Of a stretch of DNA of 64,000 nt, positions 1-11,700 are shown piece after piece. Positions within the stretch are counted from its first letter, which is position 1. The number at the start of each line of letters is the position of its first letter. The DNA is taken from NCBI GenBank assembly GCA_902569975.1, contig CACFWD010000003.1, positions 5,596 to 69,595 of the forward strand. The letters run 5' to 3'. A program made the position numbers and the translations under genes. The notes beneath the pieces were generated by a model that worked only from the letters and a program-made list of their open reading frames with translations, made no database searches and had not been told where the DNA came from. This DNA is from an uncultured Pelagibacteraceae bacterium (GTDB taxonomy: Bacteria; Pseudomonadota; Alphaproteobacteria; Pelagibacterales; Pelagibacteraceae).

Positions 1-165
1 AAAATAAACTTTAACATCCTCTAAAAGATTTTTTTTAGGACTCTTTCTATGAATATTTTTCTTACTTTCTTCAGTTAGAAACAACCTTAAAACCTTTCTT
101 TTTGGGTTTTTAAGCGCCTCAATAACTGCATGCTGTCCAACGATAAAAAAAGTCGATTTATTCAT
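1..165 (-). CDS. rlmB: 23S rRNA 2'-O-methyltransferase RlmB/TrmH family, N-terminal part (runs off window)
   Basis: Manual translation from ATG at 165: MNKSTFFIVGQHAVIEALKNPKRKVLRLFLTEE. The GxHAVxEAL N-terminal motif and the divergent position next to tRNA-Tyr are typical of alphaproteobacteria. Confidence 0.85.
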   Translation of the reverse strand, partial: MNKSTFFIVGQHAVIEALKNPKRKVLRLFLTEESKKNIHRKSPKKNLLEDVKVYF

Positions 166-219
166 AAATTTTGACTACTTTTACACCGTTTTTACTATAT
201 TTTCTTAATAATTCTCATA

Positions 220-247
220 TTGCAATTGCACAAATAAAATATATAAA
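220..247 (+). promoter_or_regulatory. Putative sigma70 promoter of the tRNA-Tyr/tRNA-Gly/tuf operon
   Basis: TTGCAA-N16-TATAAA followed by GC-rich ACGCGTG. Confidence 0.55.
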
Positions 248-297
248 ACGCGTGTTGTTTGAAGCTTTATTGAACAAGGGGACACTTCCCCAATTGA

Positions 298-383
298 GGA
301 GGGGTTCCAGAGCGGTCAAATGGGGCGGGCTGTAAACCCGTTGACTTCGGTCTTCGAAAGTTCGAATCTTTCCCCCTCCACCA
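298..383 (+). tRNA. tRNA-Tyr(GTA)
   Basis: GGAGGGG...CCCCTCC-A-CCA acceptor stem, anticodon loop CTGTAAA, long variable arm, GTTCGAATC T-loop. Confidence 0.97.
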
Positions 384-429
384 TTCAATAAGACTTTTAA
401 TGATACTGGAGTGATACTCTTGGGGTTGT

Positions 430-503
430 GCGGGTGTAGTTCAATGGTAGAACGCTAGCCTTCCAAGCTGGATGTAAGGGTTCGATTCCCTTTACCCGCT
501 CCA
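430..503 (+). tRNA. tRNA-Gly(TCC)
   Basis: GCGGGTG...TACCCGC-T-CCA, anticodon loop CTTCCAA, GTTCGATTC T-loop. Confidence 0.97.
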
Positions 504-544
504 AGAATAAAAATTATAAATAAAGAATGTGAGGATTAAAAGTA

Positions 545-1735
545 ATGTCAAAAGAAAAATTTGTAAGAAATAAACCGCATTGTAATATTGGTACAATCGG
601 TCATGTCGATCATGGTAAAACTACTTTAACAGCAGCTATCACAAAAGTTTTAGCTGAAGCCAGTGGAGGAAAATCAGTTGCTTATGATGAAATTGATAAA
701 GCCCCTGAAGAAAAAGAGAGAGGTATAACAATTTCAACTGCACACGTTGAATATGAAACTGAGAAAAGACATTACGCACACGTAGATTGTCCAGGCCATG
801 CTGATTATGTAAAAAATATGATTACAGGTGCAGCTCAAATGGATGGAGCTATTTTAGTTGTAAATGCTGCTGATGGACCAATGCCTCAAACTAGAGAACA
901 CATTCTTTTAGCTAGACAAGTTGGTGTACCAGCAATTGTTGTATACTTAAATAAAGTAGATCAAGTTGATGATAAAGAAATGATTGAACTTGTTGAAGAG
1001 GAAATTAAAGAATTGTTAACTTCTTATAAATTTCCAGGAGACAAAACTCCGATTGCGAAAGGTTCAGCACTAGCCGCAGTAGAGGGCAGAGATGAAGAAA
1101 TTGGAAAAAATTCAATCTTAGAATTGATGAAAAATGTTGATGAACATATTCCTCAACCTGACAGACCAAAAGATAAAGATTTCTTGATGCCTGTAGAGGA
1201 TGTATTTTCTATTTCAGGTAGAGGTACAGTTGCTACTGGAAGAGTAGAGTCAGGAGTTTTAAAGACTGGTGATGAAATCGAAATTGTTGGTATTAGAGAG
1301 ACAAAAAAATCAGTTTGTACAGGAGTAGAAATGTTTAGAAAGCTTTTAGACTCAGGTGAAGCTGGTGATAACGTTGGTGTTCTTTTAAGAGGTGTAGAAA
1401 GAGAAGACATCGAAAGAGGTCAAGTTCTTTGTAAACCTGGTTCCGTTACACCACATACTAAATTTGAAGCTCAAGCATATGTACTTAAAAAAGAAGAGGG
1501 TGGAAGACATACTCCTTTCTTTACAAAATACAGACCTCAGTTTTACTTCAGAACTACGGATGTAACTGGAGAGGTAGAATTACCCTCAGGAACTGAAATG
1601 GTAATGCCAGGAGATGATGCTAAATTTACAGTTAAGTTGATTACTCCGATTGCAATGTCAGAAAAATTAAATTTTGCAATTAGAGAAGGTGGTAGAACTG
1701 TGGGCGCTGGAGTGGTAACAAAAATTATAGAGTAA
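545..1735 (+). CDS. tuf: Elongation factor Tu
   Basis: [21 protein letters not shown] motifs; 396 aa. Confidence 0.99.
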   Translation: MSKEKFVRNKPHCNIGTIGHVDHGKTTLTAAITKVLAEASGGKSVAYDEIDKAPEEKERGITISTAHVEYETEKRHYAHVDCPGHADYVKNMITGAAQMDGAILVVNAADGPMPQTREHILLARQVGVPAIVVYLNKVDQVDDKEMIELVEEEIKELLTSYKFPGDKTPIAKGSALAAVEGRDEEIGKNSILELMKNVDEHIPQPDRPKDKDFLMPVEDVFSISGRGTVATGRVESGVLKTGDEIEIVGIRETKKSVCTGVEMFRKLLDSGEAGDNVGVLLRGVEREDIERGQVLCKPGSVTPHTKFEAQAYVLKKEEGGRHTPFFTKYRPQFYFRTTDVTGEVELPSGTEMVMPGDDAKFTVKLITPIAMSEKLNFAIREGGRTVGAGVVTKIIE

Positions 1736-1746
1736 GCGCTCTATAT

Positions 1747-1822
1747 AGGAGTGTAGCTCAATTGGTAGAGCGCCGGTCTCCAAAACCGGAGGCTGAGGGT
1801 TCGAGTCCCTCCGCTCCTGCCA
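1747..1822 (+). tRNA. tRNA-Trp(CCA)
   Basis: AGGAGTG...CGCTCCT-G-CCA, anticodon loop CTCCAAA, located just before secE. Confidence 0.97.
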
Positions 1823-1834
1823 AAAGGTGAAAAT

Positions 1835-2026
1835 ATGAGAAACCCAATTAAATTTATTCAAGAAGTAAAACAAGAAGCATTTAAAGTTTCTTGGCCAACT
1901 GGCAAGGAAACTTTGCAAGGAGCATTAATGGTTTTTGTGATGGCTGTAGTTATGTCTTTATTTTTTCTTCTTCTTGATCAAGTTTTAAAATTTTTCTTAG
2001 ATCTGTTATTAAAGGTTAGTTTATAA
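1835..2026 (+). CDS. secE: Preprotein translocase subunit SecE
   Basis: FIQEVKQEAFKVSWP motif, single TM helix, precedes nusG. Confidence 0.96.
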   Translation: MRNPIKFIQEVKQEAFKVSWPTGKETLQGALMVFVMAVVMSLFFLLLDQVLKFFLDLLLKVSL

Positions 2027-2556
2027 TGAAAAATTGGTACATAGTTCAATCACACTCAAGTTTTGAAAATAAAGTTGCTGGGTTGATTAAAGAAGAGGCA
2101 GAAAAAGCTAAAATATCAGACAAATTTGATGAAATAGTTGTGCCAACTCATGATGTAACTGAGGTAAAAAGAGGAAAGAGAATTCAAAGAAAAAAAAAAT
2201 ATTTCCCAGGTTATGTTTTAATAAAAAGTGAGATGGATAACAGTATTTATCACATGATTAAAAACATTAAAAGAGTTAGTGGTTTTTTAGGTACAAAAGG
2301 TATGCCTGTGCCAGTTTCAGATAAAGAAATTGAGAAGATTTTAGGTCAAATAAAAGATGGTGTGGCTCAGCCAAAATCTGGTATAGAGTACAGTGTCGGT
2401 GAAAAAGTTCAAGTTGTTGACGGACCTTTTGCTTCATTCAGCGGGATGGTTGAGGGAATTGATGAAGAAAAGTCTAGACTAAAGGTATCGGTTTCTATAT
2501 TTGGACGGCCAACGCCAGTTGAATTAGAATATAATCAAGTGGAGAAAACAAGTTAA
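2026..2556 (+). CDS. nusG: Transcription termination/antitermination factor NusG
   Basis: WYIV, FPGYVL, KOW motif [18 protein letters not shown]. Confidence 0.98.
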   Translation: MKNWYIVQSHSSFENKVAGLIKEEAEKAKISDKFDEIVVPTHDVTEVKRGKRIQRKKKYFPGYVLIKSEMDNSIYHMIKNIKRVSGFLGTKGMPVPVSDKEIEKILGQIKDGVAQPKSGIEYSVGEKVQVVDGPFASFSGMVEGIDEEKSRLKVSVSIFGRPTPVELEYNQVEKTS

Positions 2557-2987
2557 TGGCAGCAAAAAAAGAAATTAGTGGTTTTATAAAATTACAAATT
2601 AAGGGTGGTCAAGCTAATCCAGCTCCTCCAGTTGGACCTGCGTTAGGTCAAAGAGGAGTTAACATTATGGAGTTTTGTAAAGCATTTAATGATAAAACAA
2701 AGTCGATGGCAGGAAAACCTGTTCCTGTTGAAATTACTGTTTACAAAGATAAAAAATTTGATTTTAAAATTAAATCGCCTCCAGCATCTTTCTTTATAAG
2801 AGAAGCTGCGAAATTAAAAAGTGGCTCTAAAGAGCCAGGAAGAAATATTGTAGCTTCAATAACAAAAAAACAAGCTGAAGAAATTGCTAAACAAAAAATG
2901 AATGACTTAAATGCCCTCGATTTAGAACAAGCAGTAAAAATAATTTCTGGATCTGCTAGGTCAATGGGAATAGAGGTAAAGGAATAA
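2556..2987 (+). CDS. rplK: 50S ribosomal protein L11
   Basis: [15 protein letters not shown] motif. Confidence 0.98.
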   Translation: MAAKKEISGFIKLQIKGGQANPAPPVGPALGQRGVNIMEFCKAFNDKTKSMAGKPVPVEITVYKDKKFDFKIKSPPASFFIREAAKLKSGSKEPGRNIVASITKKQAEEIAKQKMNDLNALDLEQAVKIISGSARSMGIEVKE

Positions 2988-3676
2988 TGGTTTCAAAAAG
3001 ATTTAAAAAACTTCCTGAAAAAACTAGTGAGCTACCCTCAAAAACGATAGAAAACTTAATTCCTGAAGTTAAAAAAAATTGTACTTCAAAATTTGATGAG
3101 TCTATAGATTTAAGTTTTCAAATTAATAATAAACAAAAAAAAGGTGAAATAAATATTAGAACTGTTGTGAATTTACCTGGAGGAACTGGAAAAAAAGTAA
3201 AAGTTGCAGTCGTTTGTGAAGATGTAAAATCAAATGAAGCCAAAGAAGCTGGTGCTGATATTGTTGGAGGTGATGATTTCATCGAAAAAATTAAGTCTGG
3301 TGATATGAATTTTGAAAAATTAATTTGCACTCCTGCGATGATGATAAAACTTTCAAAACTAGGAAAAGTACTTGGCCCAAAAGGTTTAATGCCAAATCCT
3401 AAACTAGGTTCGGTTACAGAGGATTTGAAAACAGCTATCAAAGATGCAAAATCAGGTCAAGCGGAAATAAGAAATGATAAAGATGGAAATATTGGAGTAA
3501 GTATTGGAAAAAAATCTTTTAAAGACGATCAACTTATGAAAAATTATAATGCAATAATTGACGCTTTAGAAAAAGAAAAATCAAATAATACTTTGAAAGG
3601 TGATTTAATTAAAAATACTTTTATAACTTCAACAATGGGAGTATCGTATAAACTTAAATTGGGTAAAACTATTTAA
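2987..3676 (+). CDS. rplA: 50S ribosomal protein L1
   Basis: KFDES, LGPKGLMPNPK, TSTMG motifs. Confidence 0.98.
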   Translation: MVSKRFKKLPEKTSELPSKTIENLIPEVKKNCTSKFDESIDLSFQINNKQKKGEINIRTVVNLPGGTGKKVKVAVVCEDVKSNEAKEAGADIVGGDDFIEKIKSGDMNFEKLICTPAMMIKLSKLGKVLGPKGLMPNPKLGSVTEDLKTAIKDAKSGQAEIRNDKDGNIGVSIGKKSFKDDQLMKNYNAIIDALEKEKSNNTLKGDLIKNTFITSTMGVSYKLKLGKTI

Positions 3677-3680
3677 CTCT

Positions 3681-4202
3681 ATGATGAATAAAGAACAAAA
3701 AAAAACTTATATAGCTGACATTACAAGTCGGTTTGAAAACAGCAAAGCTGTAATGGTTACTCATTATCAGGGTTTAACTATGCCTCAGTTGGATGAACTT
3801 AGATCTAAAATGAGAGAGCATGGAATAGTTTTTAAAATTACAAAAAATAGAATTACAAAACTTGCTTTAGAAAAAACCAAATATAAAGATTTATCGAATC
3901 TTTTCACAGGTCCAACAGCAGTTGCATTCGGAGAGGATGCAATAATGTCTGCAAGAATTTTATCAAAATTTGCTAAGGAAAATGAAAATCTAAAACTGAT
4001 CGGCGGAATAATGGAAAATGAAGTTTTAGATCAAGCAGGAGTACTAAATGTGGCAAATCTACCTACTTTAGATGAGGCGAGGGCTAATATTGTTGGTATT
4101 TTAAATGCATCAGCCTCAAAATTAGTAAGTATTTTACTTGCACGTTCAGAAAAAATGAGTAGTTTGTCCCCAGAAAATTCAGAAACACAACCTAAAGAGT
4201 AG
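3681..4202 (+). CDS. rplJ: 50S ribosomal protein L10
   Basis: [21 protein letters not shown] motifs; synteny. Confidence 0.97.
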   Translation: MMNKEQKKTYIADITSRFENSKAVMVTHYQGLTMPQLDELRSKMREHGIVFKITKNRITKLALEKTKYKDLSNLFTGPTAVAFGEDAIMSARILSKFAKENENLKLIGGIMENEVLDQAGVLNVANLPTLDEARANIVGILNASASKLVSILLARSEKMSSLSPENSETQPKE

Positions 4203-4207
4203 ATAAT

Positions 4208-4576
4208 ATGCCAGATCTTAACAAAATTATTGAAGACTTATCAAATTTGACTGTAGCAGAGGCCGCAGAACTTTCTAAACAATTAGAAGAAAAATGGGGA
4301 GTAACTCCAATGGCAGCAGCAGCTCCAGCAGCAGCAGCAGCTGGTGGTGAAGCAGCAGCAGATAAAGATGATTTTACTATCATGCTTGTTTCAGCAGGTG
4401 ATAAAAAAATTAATGTAATTAAAGAAGTAAGAGCAGCAACTTCACTTGGCTTAAAAGAAGCAAAAGATTTAGTTGAAGGTGCACCAAAAGAAGTCAAAAC
4501 AGGTGTTCCAAAAAAAGAAGCTGAAGAAATTAAGGCTAAACTAGAAGCTGCAGGCGCAAAAGTAGAATTAAAATAA
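4208..4576 (+). CDS. rplL: 50S ribosomal protein L7/L12
   Basis: Ala-rich hinge, [24 protein letters not shown]. Confidence 0.98.
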   Translation: MPDLNKIIEDLSNLTVAEAAELSKQLEEKWGVTPMAAAAPAAAAAGGEAAADKDDFTIMLVSAGDKKINVIKEVRAATSLGLKEAKDLVEGAPKEVKTGVPKKEAEEIKAKLEAAGAKVELK

Positions 4577-4595
4577 ATTAATTAGAAAGAATTCA

Positions 4596-4622
4596 AAAAC
4601 TGATTAATTTTTAATCAGTTTT
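4596..4622 (+). terminator. Hairpin between rplL and rpoB (putative terminator/attenuator)
   Basis: Perfect 12-bp inverted repeat AAAACTGATTAA-ttt-TTAATCAGTTTT. Confidence 0.55.
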
Positions 4623-4631
4623 AAAACATAG

Positions 4632-7600
4632 ATGCAAATATCTTTTACTGAAAAAAAGAATATTAGAAAAAACTTTGGTAAACTTAAAGAAGGTTTATCT
4701 ATCCCTAATCTTATTGAAGTACAGAAAAATTCTTATGATGAATTAACTGCTTTCAATGCTGAAGCGGAAATTTCTAAAGGTTTTGATAGAGTTTTTAAAA
4801 GTATTTTTCCGATTGAGGATTTAAATGATAGAGCAACTTTAGAGTATATTTCTTATAGATTAGAAAAACCCAAATTTGATGTTGAAGAGTGTATAGCAAG
4901 AGGCTTAACTTATTCATCAGCATTAAAATGCACATTAAGATTAGTTGTTTACGAAATCGATCAAGAAAATAATACAAAAGATATATTATCTGCAAAAGAA
5001 CAAGAAGTTTATATGGGTGAAGTACCAATGATGACAAACAGCGGTACTTTTATAACGAATGGTGTTCAGAGAGTCGTAGTCAATCAGATGCACAGAAGTC
5101 CAGGTGTATTTTTTGATCATGATAAAGGCAAAACTCACGCAAGTGGTAAATTATTGTTTAATTGCAGAGTAATCCCTAATAGAGGATCCTGGTTAGATTT
5201 TGAATATGATGTTAAAGATTTTTTATATTTCAAGATTGATAGAAAGAAAAAAATTTTAGCTTCTACTTTATTACTTGCTTTAGGTTACTCGAAATCTGAA
5301 ATCGTAAATGAATTTTATGATAAAGAACAATTTACATTTGATCAAAAAACAGAAAAATGGAAAACAAAATTTAATCCTGATAATTATAAAGCAAAAAATT
5401 TCTCAGAAGAAGTTATTGATGCAAAAACTGGTAAAGTAGTAATACAACTAGGTGAAAAAGTTAATTTCTTAAACGCAAAAAAATTATCTAATGAAGGTTT
5501 AAAAGATATTTTAGTATCTAAGGAGTCGTTACATGGTAAATTTTTACATAAAGATATAAAAGTTAGTGATGAAGAAGATGGTATATTTAAAATAGGCACT
5601 GAATTAAATGAGACAATTATCCAACAAATACTTGATGCAAAAGTACAATCATTAGAAATTTCAGTAACAAACTCAATAAATAAAGGTCCTTATCTTTTGA
5701 CAACTATTTTGAACGATAAAAATAATACTAAGGATGAAGCAATCACTGAGATTTATAAAATGTTAAGACCTGGCGAACCCCCAACAATAGAAATTGCGAC
5801 TCAAATTTTTAATAATTTATTTTTTAGTTCTGATAGATATGATCTTTCTGATGTTGGTAGAGTTAAAATGAATTCCAGATTAAATCAAGAATGTTCTGAT
5901 AAAATTACAATTTTAAGAAATGACGACATTATTGCAATTATTCATAAAATGTTAGACTTAAGAGATGGTAAAGATGAAGTTGATGATATTGATCATCTAG
6001 GAAACAGAAGAGTTAGATCAGTCGGTGAATTAGTTGAAAATCAGGCTAGAATTGGCGTCTATAGAATGGAAAGAGCTATAAAGGAAAAGATGACCACTCT
6101 TGATGTTGAGTCTGCAATGCCACAAGATTTGATTAATGCAAAACCACTAACAGTTTCACTAAAAGATTTTTTTGCAAGTTCACAGTTATCTCAGTTTATG
6201 GATCAGACTAATCCATTATCAGAAATTACTCATAAAAGAAGAGTTTCGGCTTTAGGTCCAGGCGGATTAACTAGAGAGAGGGCTGGTTTTGAGGTTCGTG
6301 ATGTACATCCAACACATTATGGAAGAATTTGCCCGATCGAAACTCCTGAGGGTCCGAATATTGGATTAATTAATAGTTTATCAACTTATGCGAAAATTAA
6401 TAAATACGGTTTTATTGAAAGTCCGTACAAAAGAGTAAAAGACGGAGTTGTTCAAGATAAAGTTGAGTATTTATCTGCGATGGAGGAAACAAAATTTACT
6501 ATTGCACAAGCAAACACAAAACTAGATAAGAATGGTAAAATAGTTGAAGAACTCGTTTCATGTAGACAAAATTTAAATTTCTTATTATCAAAACCTGAAA
6601 CTATCGATTATATAGATGTATCACCAAAACAGCTTGTTTCTGTAGCAGCATCTTTAATACCATTTTTAGAAAACGATGATGCTAACAGAGCTTTAATGGG
6701 TTCAAATATGATGAGGCAGGCAGTTCCATTATTAAAACCAGAGTCGCCTTTAGTTGGTACTGGAATTGAAAGCGACGTAGCACTTGATTCAGGTGTAACG
6801 ATCGTTGCTAAAAGAGATGGGATAGTTGACAAAATTGATGGAAAAAGAATTGTTGTTAAAGTCACTGAAGAAACTGATTTTACAAAATCTAGTGTAGATA
6901 TTTATAATCTTCAAAAATTTAAAAGATCAAATCAAAATACATGCATCAATCAAAGACCTTTAGTAAGAGTTGGCGATAAAGTTAAAGTTGGAGATATAAT
7001 TGCAGACGGACCTTCCACAAGACTTGGTGAATTGGCTTTAGGTAAAAATGTTACCGTAGCATTTATGCCTTGGCAAGGTTATAATTTTGAGGACTCAATA
7101 TTAATTTCAGAAAGATGCGTGACAGATGATGTATTTACATCAGTTCATATAGTTGAATATGAAATAATGGCAAGAGATACAAAATTAGGAGAAGAGGAAA
7201 TTACAAGAGACATACCTAATGTTAATGAGGAAGCTTTAAAAAATTTAGATGAGTCAGGAATAGTATATATTGGTGCAGAAGTGAATGCTGGAGACATATT
7301 AGTAGGTAAAGTAACACCAAAAGGTGACTCAGCTTCAGGACCTGAAGAAAAATTATTAAGATCAATTTTTGGTGAAAAAGCGATTGATGTTACTGATACT
7401 TCTCTAAGAATGTCTAGAGGTAGCAGTGGTACAGTTGTAGATGTTAAGGTTTTTAATAGACACGGTATTGAAAAAGACGAAAGATCAATAACTATTGAAA
7501 GAGCGGAAATTGATCAAGTTCAACAAGATAAAATAGTTGAAGAAGAAATTTTAGAGAGAAGTATCAAACAAAGAGCGGCACAAATTTTATCAAATTCTTC

Positions 7601-8717
7601 ATTAACTAAAAAAATTAAAGACCTTGAAGTAGGTACAAAACTTGATTTTGAGAATATTAATAAATTAGGAATTAATGATGTATTTAAATTAAATGTAGGT
7701 AATACAAATAATGAGACTACTTTAGCGCAACTAAAAGATCAATATAATAAAGCTATACAGGATATAACTGAAAGATTTGAAGACAAAGTTTTAAAGATAA
7801 GAAGTGGAGATGATTTATTACCAAGTGTAATGAAGATGGTTAAAGTGTTTGTTGCAATTAAAAGAAGATTGAGACCTGGTGATAAAATGTCTGGAAGACA
7901 CGGGAACAAGGGAGTCGTAAGTAAAATCGTACCAGTTGAAGATATGCCTTATAGAGAAGATGGTAGACCAGTGGATATTGTTTTAAATCCTTTAGGAGTA
8001 CCTAGCCGAATGAATGTTGGCCAGATATTAGAAACACATTTGGGCTGGGCTTGTAAAGAATTTGGAGAAGAGGTGAAAAAGTTAGTAAATGAAAATAATA
8101 AAAAAATTGAAAAAACAGAAAAAATTTCAAAGTTTTTAATGTCTGTTTATGGTCAAGAAATTTTTAATGATAAAGTAGAGAAATTAAGCAAAACTGAATT
8201 CAGAGATTTATGTGAAAACTTGCAAAATGGAATAGCAATATCCACTCCTGTCTTTGACGGAGCTAAAGAAAAAGACGTGACAGAAATGCTTGAGCTTGCA
8301 AAACTTCCTGGGTCTGGACAAACATTTTTATGGGATGGAAGGACTGGTGAACAATTTGATAGACCAGTAACAGTTGGAATTATTTATATGCTCAAACTCC
8401 ATCATTTAGTAGAAGACAAAATTCACGCAAGGTCTACAGGCCCTTACAGTTTAGTTACGCAACAACCTTTGGGTGGAAAAGCTCAATTAGGTGGCCAAAG
8501 ATTTGGTGAAATGGAAGTATGGGCACTGGAAGCATATGGAGCATCATACACTTTGCAAGAAATTTTAACTGTTAAATCAGACGATGTTGCTGGTCGAGTG
8601 AAAGTTTATGAGACAATTGTTAAGGGTGAGGAAAACTTTGAGTCTGGTATACCAGAATCTTTCAACGTTTTAGTTAAAGAAATTAAATCTTTAGCATTAA
8701 ATGTGGAGCTAAATTAA
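4632..8717 (+). CDS. rpoB: RNA polymerase subunit beta
   Basis: [42 protein letters not shown]. Confidence 0.99.
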   Translation: MQISFTEKKNIRKNFGKLKEGLSIPNLIEVQKNSYDELTAFNAEAEISKGFDRVFKSIFPIEDLNDRATLEYISYRLEKPKFDVEECIARGLTYSSALKCTLRLVVYEIDQENNTKDILSAKEQEVYMGEVPMMTNSGTFITNGVQRVVVNQMHRSPGVFFDHDKGKTHASGKLLFNCRVIPNRGSWLDFEYDVKDFLYFKIDRKKKILASTLLLALGYSKSEIVNEFYDKEQFTFDQKTEKWKTKFNPDNYKAKNFSEEVIDAKTGKVVIQLGEKVNFLNAKKLSNEGLKDILVSKESLHGKFLHKDIKVSDEEDGIFKIGTELNETIIQQILDAKVQSLEISVTNSINKGPYLLTTILNDKNNTKDEAITEIYKMLRPGEPPTIEIATQIFNNLFFSSDRYDLSDVGRVKMNSRLNQECSDKITILRNDDIIAIIHKMLDLRDGKDEVDDIDHLGNRRVRSVGELVENQARIGVYRMERAIKEKMTTLDVESAMPQDLINAKPLTVSLKDFFASSQLSQFMDQTNPLSEITHKRRVSALGPGGLTRERAGFEVRDVHPTHYGRICPIETPEGPNIGLINSLSTYAKINKYGFIESPYKRVKDGVVQDKVEYLSAMEETKFTIAQANTKLDKNGKIVEELVSCRQNLNFLLSKPETIDYIDVSPKQLVSVAASLIPFLENDDANRALMGSNMMRQAVPLLKPESPLVGTGIESDVALDSGVTIVAKRDGIVDKIDGKRIVVKVTEETDFTKSSVDIYNLQKFKRSNQNTCINQRPLVRVGDKVKVGDIIADGPSTRLGELALGKNVTVAFMPWQGYNFEDSILISERCVTDDVFTSVHIVEYEIMARDTKLGEEEITRDIPNVNEEALKNLDESGIVYIGAEVNAGDILVGKVTPKGDSASGPEEKLLRSIFGEKAIDVTDTSLRMSRGSSGTVVDVKVFNRHGIEKDERSITIERAEIDQVQQDKIVEEEILERSIKQRAAQILSNSSLTKKIKDLEVGTKLDFENINKLGINDVFKLNVGNTNNETTLAQLKDQYNKAIQDITERFEDKVLKIRSGDDLLPSVMKMVKVFVAIKRRLRPGDKMSGRHGNKGVVSKIVPVEDMPYREDGRPVDIVLNPLGVPSRMNVGQILETHLGWACKEFGEEVKKLVNENNKKIEKTEKISKFLMSVYGQEIFNDKVEKLSKTEFRDLCENLQNGIAISTPVFDGAKEKDVTEMLELAKLPGSGQTFLWDGRTGEQFDRPVTVGIIYMLKLHHLVEDKIHARSTGPYSLVTQQPLGGKAQLGGQRFGEMEVWALEAYGASYTLQEILTVKSDDVAGRVKVYETIVKGEENFESGIPESFNVLVKEIKSLALNVELN

Positions 8718-8719
8718 TT

Positions 8720-11700
8720 ATGAAAAAAGAATTAACAGACCTTTTTAAAAATACAGAAATAACTGAATCTCAAAATTTTAATAGTATTAAAATTTCTTTA
8801 GCGAGTCCTGAAAAAATAAAATCTTGGACTTATGGAGAAATCAAAAAGCCCGAGACAATTAACTATAGGACATTTAGACCAGAAAAAGATGGTCTGTTTT
8901 GTGCAAGAATATTTGGTCCGATTAAAGATTATGAATGTTTATGTGGAAAGTACAAACGAATGAAATTTAGAGGAATTATTTGTGAAAAATGCGGAGTAGA
9001 AGTAACAAAATCTAATGTGAGAAGAGAAAGAATGGGCCATATAAATCTTGCTACACCAGTTGCACATATATGGTTTCTAAAATCATTACCAAGCAGAATT
9101 GCTTTAGCTGTCGATATGAAGCTTAAAGAGATTGAAAGAGTACTATATTTCGAAAATTTTATAGTTATAGAACCTGGCTTAACAGGTTTACAAAAAAATC
9201 AACTTTTGAATGAAGAGGAGCTTGCAAAATATCAAGATGAATTTGGTGAAGAAGCTTTCACTGCAGGTATAGGTGCTGAAGCTGTATTGGAAATGTTAAA
9301 AAGTTTAGATTTAGAGCTGGAGCGAAAAAATTTAGTGAGCTACATCAAAGAAACTAAATCAAAAGTAAATGAAGAAAGGGCAATTAAGAGATTAAAACTA
9401 ATTGAGTCATTTATTGAGACAGGTCAGAAACCAGAATGGATGATAATGACAGTTGTACCTGTGATACCACCAGAGCTAAGACCATTAGTTCCATTGGATG
9501 GTGGAAGATTTGCTACTTCAGATCTTAATGATCTATATAGAAGAGTTATTAATAGAAATAATCGTCTTAAGAGATTAATGGATCTTAAGGCTCCAGATAT
9601 TATTGTAAGAAATGAAAAAAGAATGCTTCAAGAGTCTGTCGATGCATTATTTGATAATGGAAGACGTGGTAGAGTTATCACAGGTACTGGAAAAAGACCG
9701 CTAAAATCTTTAGCGGAAATGTTAAAAGGAAAACAGGGAAGATTTAGACAAAATTTACTTGGAAAACGAGTAGATTACTCAGGAAGATCTGTAATTGTTG
9801 TCGGGCCGGATCTAAAATTGCACGAATGTGGTCTTCCAAAAAAAATGGCATTAGAATTATTTAAACCATTTTTATATGCAAGATTAAACAAATTAGGTCT
9901 AGCTTCAACAATCAAACAAGCTAAAAAATTAGTAGAAAAAGAAACTAATGCAGTTTGGGACGCTCTTGAATTAATAGTTAGAGAGCACCCAGTATTATTA
10001 AATAGAGCACCTACATTACATAGACTCGGTGTACAAGCTTTTGAACCAAAATTAATCGAAGGTGACGCAATAGAACTTCATCCTTTAACTTGTGCTGCCT
10101 TTAATGCAGACTTTGATGGAGATCAGATGGCTGTTCATGTTCCTTTGAGTTTAGAAGCTCAGTTAGAAGCAAGAATTTTAATGCTCTCTACAAATAATAT
10201 TCTATCACCATCAAATGGAAAACCAATCATTGTACCTAGTCAAGATATGATTCTTGGTATTTATTATTTATCTCAAGAGCCATTAACAGATAAATCGGCA
10301 GGTTATTTTACTGATGCAGATCAAATTGAATTTGCTTTATCATCAGGCCAAATAAAAGTTCATAGCACTATTATCTCTAGATTTGAAACTATTGATGAAA
10401 AAGGAAATAAAAAACTCGAGAAATATACTTCAACTGCTGGAAGATTTTTATTAGCAAACCTATTACCAAAAAATAAAGATATTAAGTTTTCTTTAGTTGA
10501 TAGATTATTACCTAAAAAAGTTGTTTCTGAGGTAATTGACATTGTATTTAGATTTTGTGGACAAAAAACTACAGTAATTTTCTGTGACAAATTAAAAGAT
10601 TTAGGTTTCAAACATGCATTTAAAGCAGGTATTTCATTTGGTAAAGATGACCTTGTTATTCCAGAAAGCAAAACTCAACTGATAGATGATACAAAAAAAT
10701 TAATTGCAGATTATGAAACTCAATATGCAGAAGGATTAATTACAAGGGGGGAAAAATATAATAAAGTAGTAGATGCTTGGTCAAAATGTACAGATAAAGT
10801 TGCTGGCGAAATGATGAAGGGCATATCTGCTACAGAGAAAACACCTGAAGGATTAAAAATAAATTCGGTATTTATGATGGCAGATAGTGGAGCAAGAGGT
10901 TCAGCTGCTCAAATGAAACAATTGGCTGGAATGAGAGGATTAATTGCAAAACCATCTGGAGAAATTATTGAGAGTCCAATTACATCGAATTTTAAAGAGG
11001 GTTTGACTGCTTTAGAGTATTTTAATTCAACCCACGGAGCTAGAAAAGGTCTTGCAGATACAGCGTTAAAAACTGCAAGTTCAGGTTACTTAACCAGAAG
11101 ACTTTGTGATGTAGCTCAAGATTTAACAGTAACTAAAAAAGAATGTGATTGTAAAAAACCTGGTTTTATAGAACTTTCAGAAATCCTTGAAGGTGGAAAT
11201 GTTGTTGTAAGTTTATCAGAAAGAGCTTTAGGAAGAGTTGCTTTCGATGATGTAAAACACCCTATAACTGGAGAAGTTATAATAAAAAAATTAACTATGA
11301 TAGATGAAGCTGCTTGTGATCAAATTGATGCAGCAGGAATTAAAGCTGTAAAAGTTTACTCAGTAATGACTTGTGGATCTAAAGAAGGTGTTTGTGCTAC
11401 TTCTTATGGAAGAGATCTGTCTAGAGGAAAAATGGTTCATGTAGGTGAAGCAATTGGAATGATTTCTGCTCAATCAATTGGAGAACCTGGAACACAATTA
11501 ACGATGAGAACATTTCACGTTGGTGGAACAGCGTCTGTAAAACAAGACTCCCAAATTATTACAAAAAACGAAGGTATTTTAAAGATTATAAATTCGAACA
11601 TTTTAGAGGACTCCAAGAAAAATTTGATTGTTATGGGAAGAAATACTCAGCTTTCAATTGAAGATGATAATGGTGTTCAGGTTGCAGTTTATAAAGTTGC

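Noticed and set aside
1667-1918. 83-aa minus-strand ORF containing WQERRDSNPQPPVLETGALPIELHS
   Set aside because: This is the well-known spurious translation of the reverse complement of tRNA-Trp.
2189-2201. Long poly-A tracts in coding regions (e.g. nusG) as phase-variation or frameshift sites
   Set aside because: Reading frames are intact and the tracts are Lys codon runs, common in this AT-rich genome.
4313-4360. (GCA)n trinucleotide run
   Set aside because: Encodes the normal Ala-rich hinge of L7/L12; not a repeat element.
6165-6270. Possible antibiotic-resistance alleles in the rpoB rifampicin region (also checked rpsL Lys42/Lys87)
   Set aside because: Sequences match the wild-type consensus.
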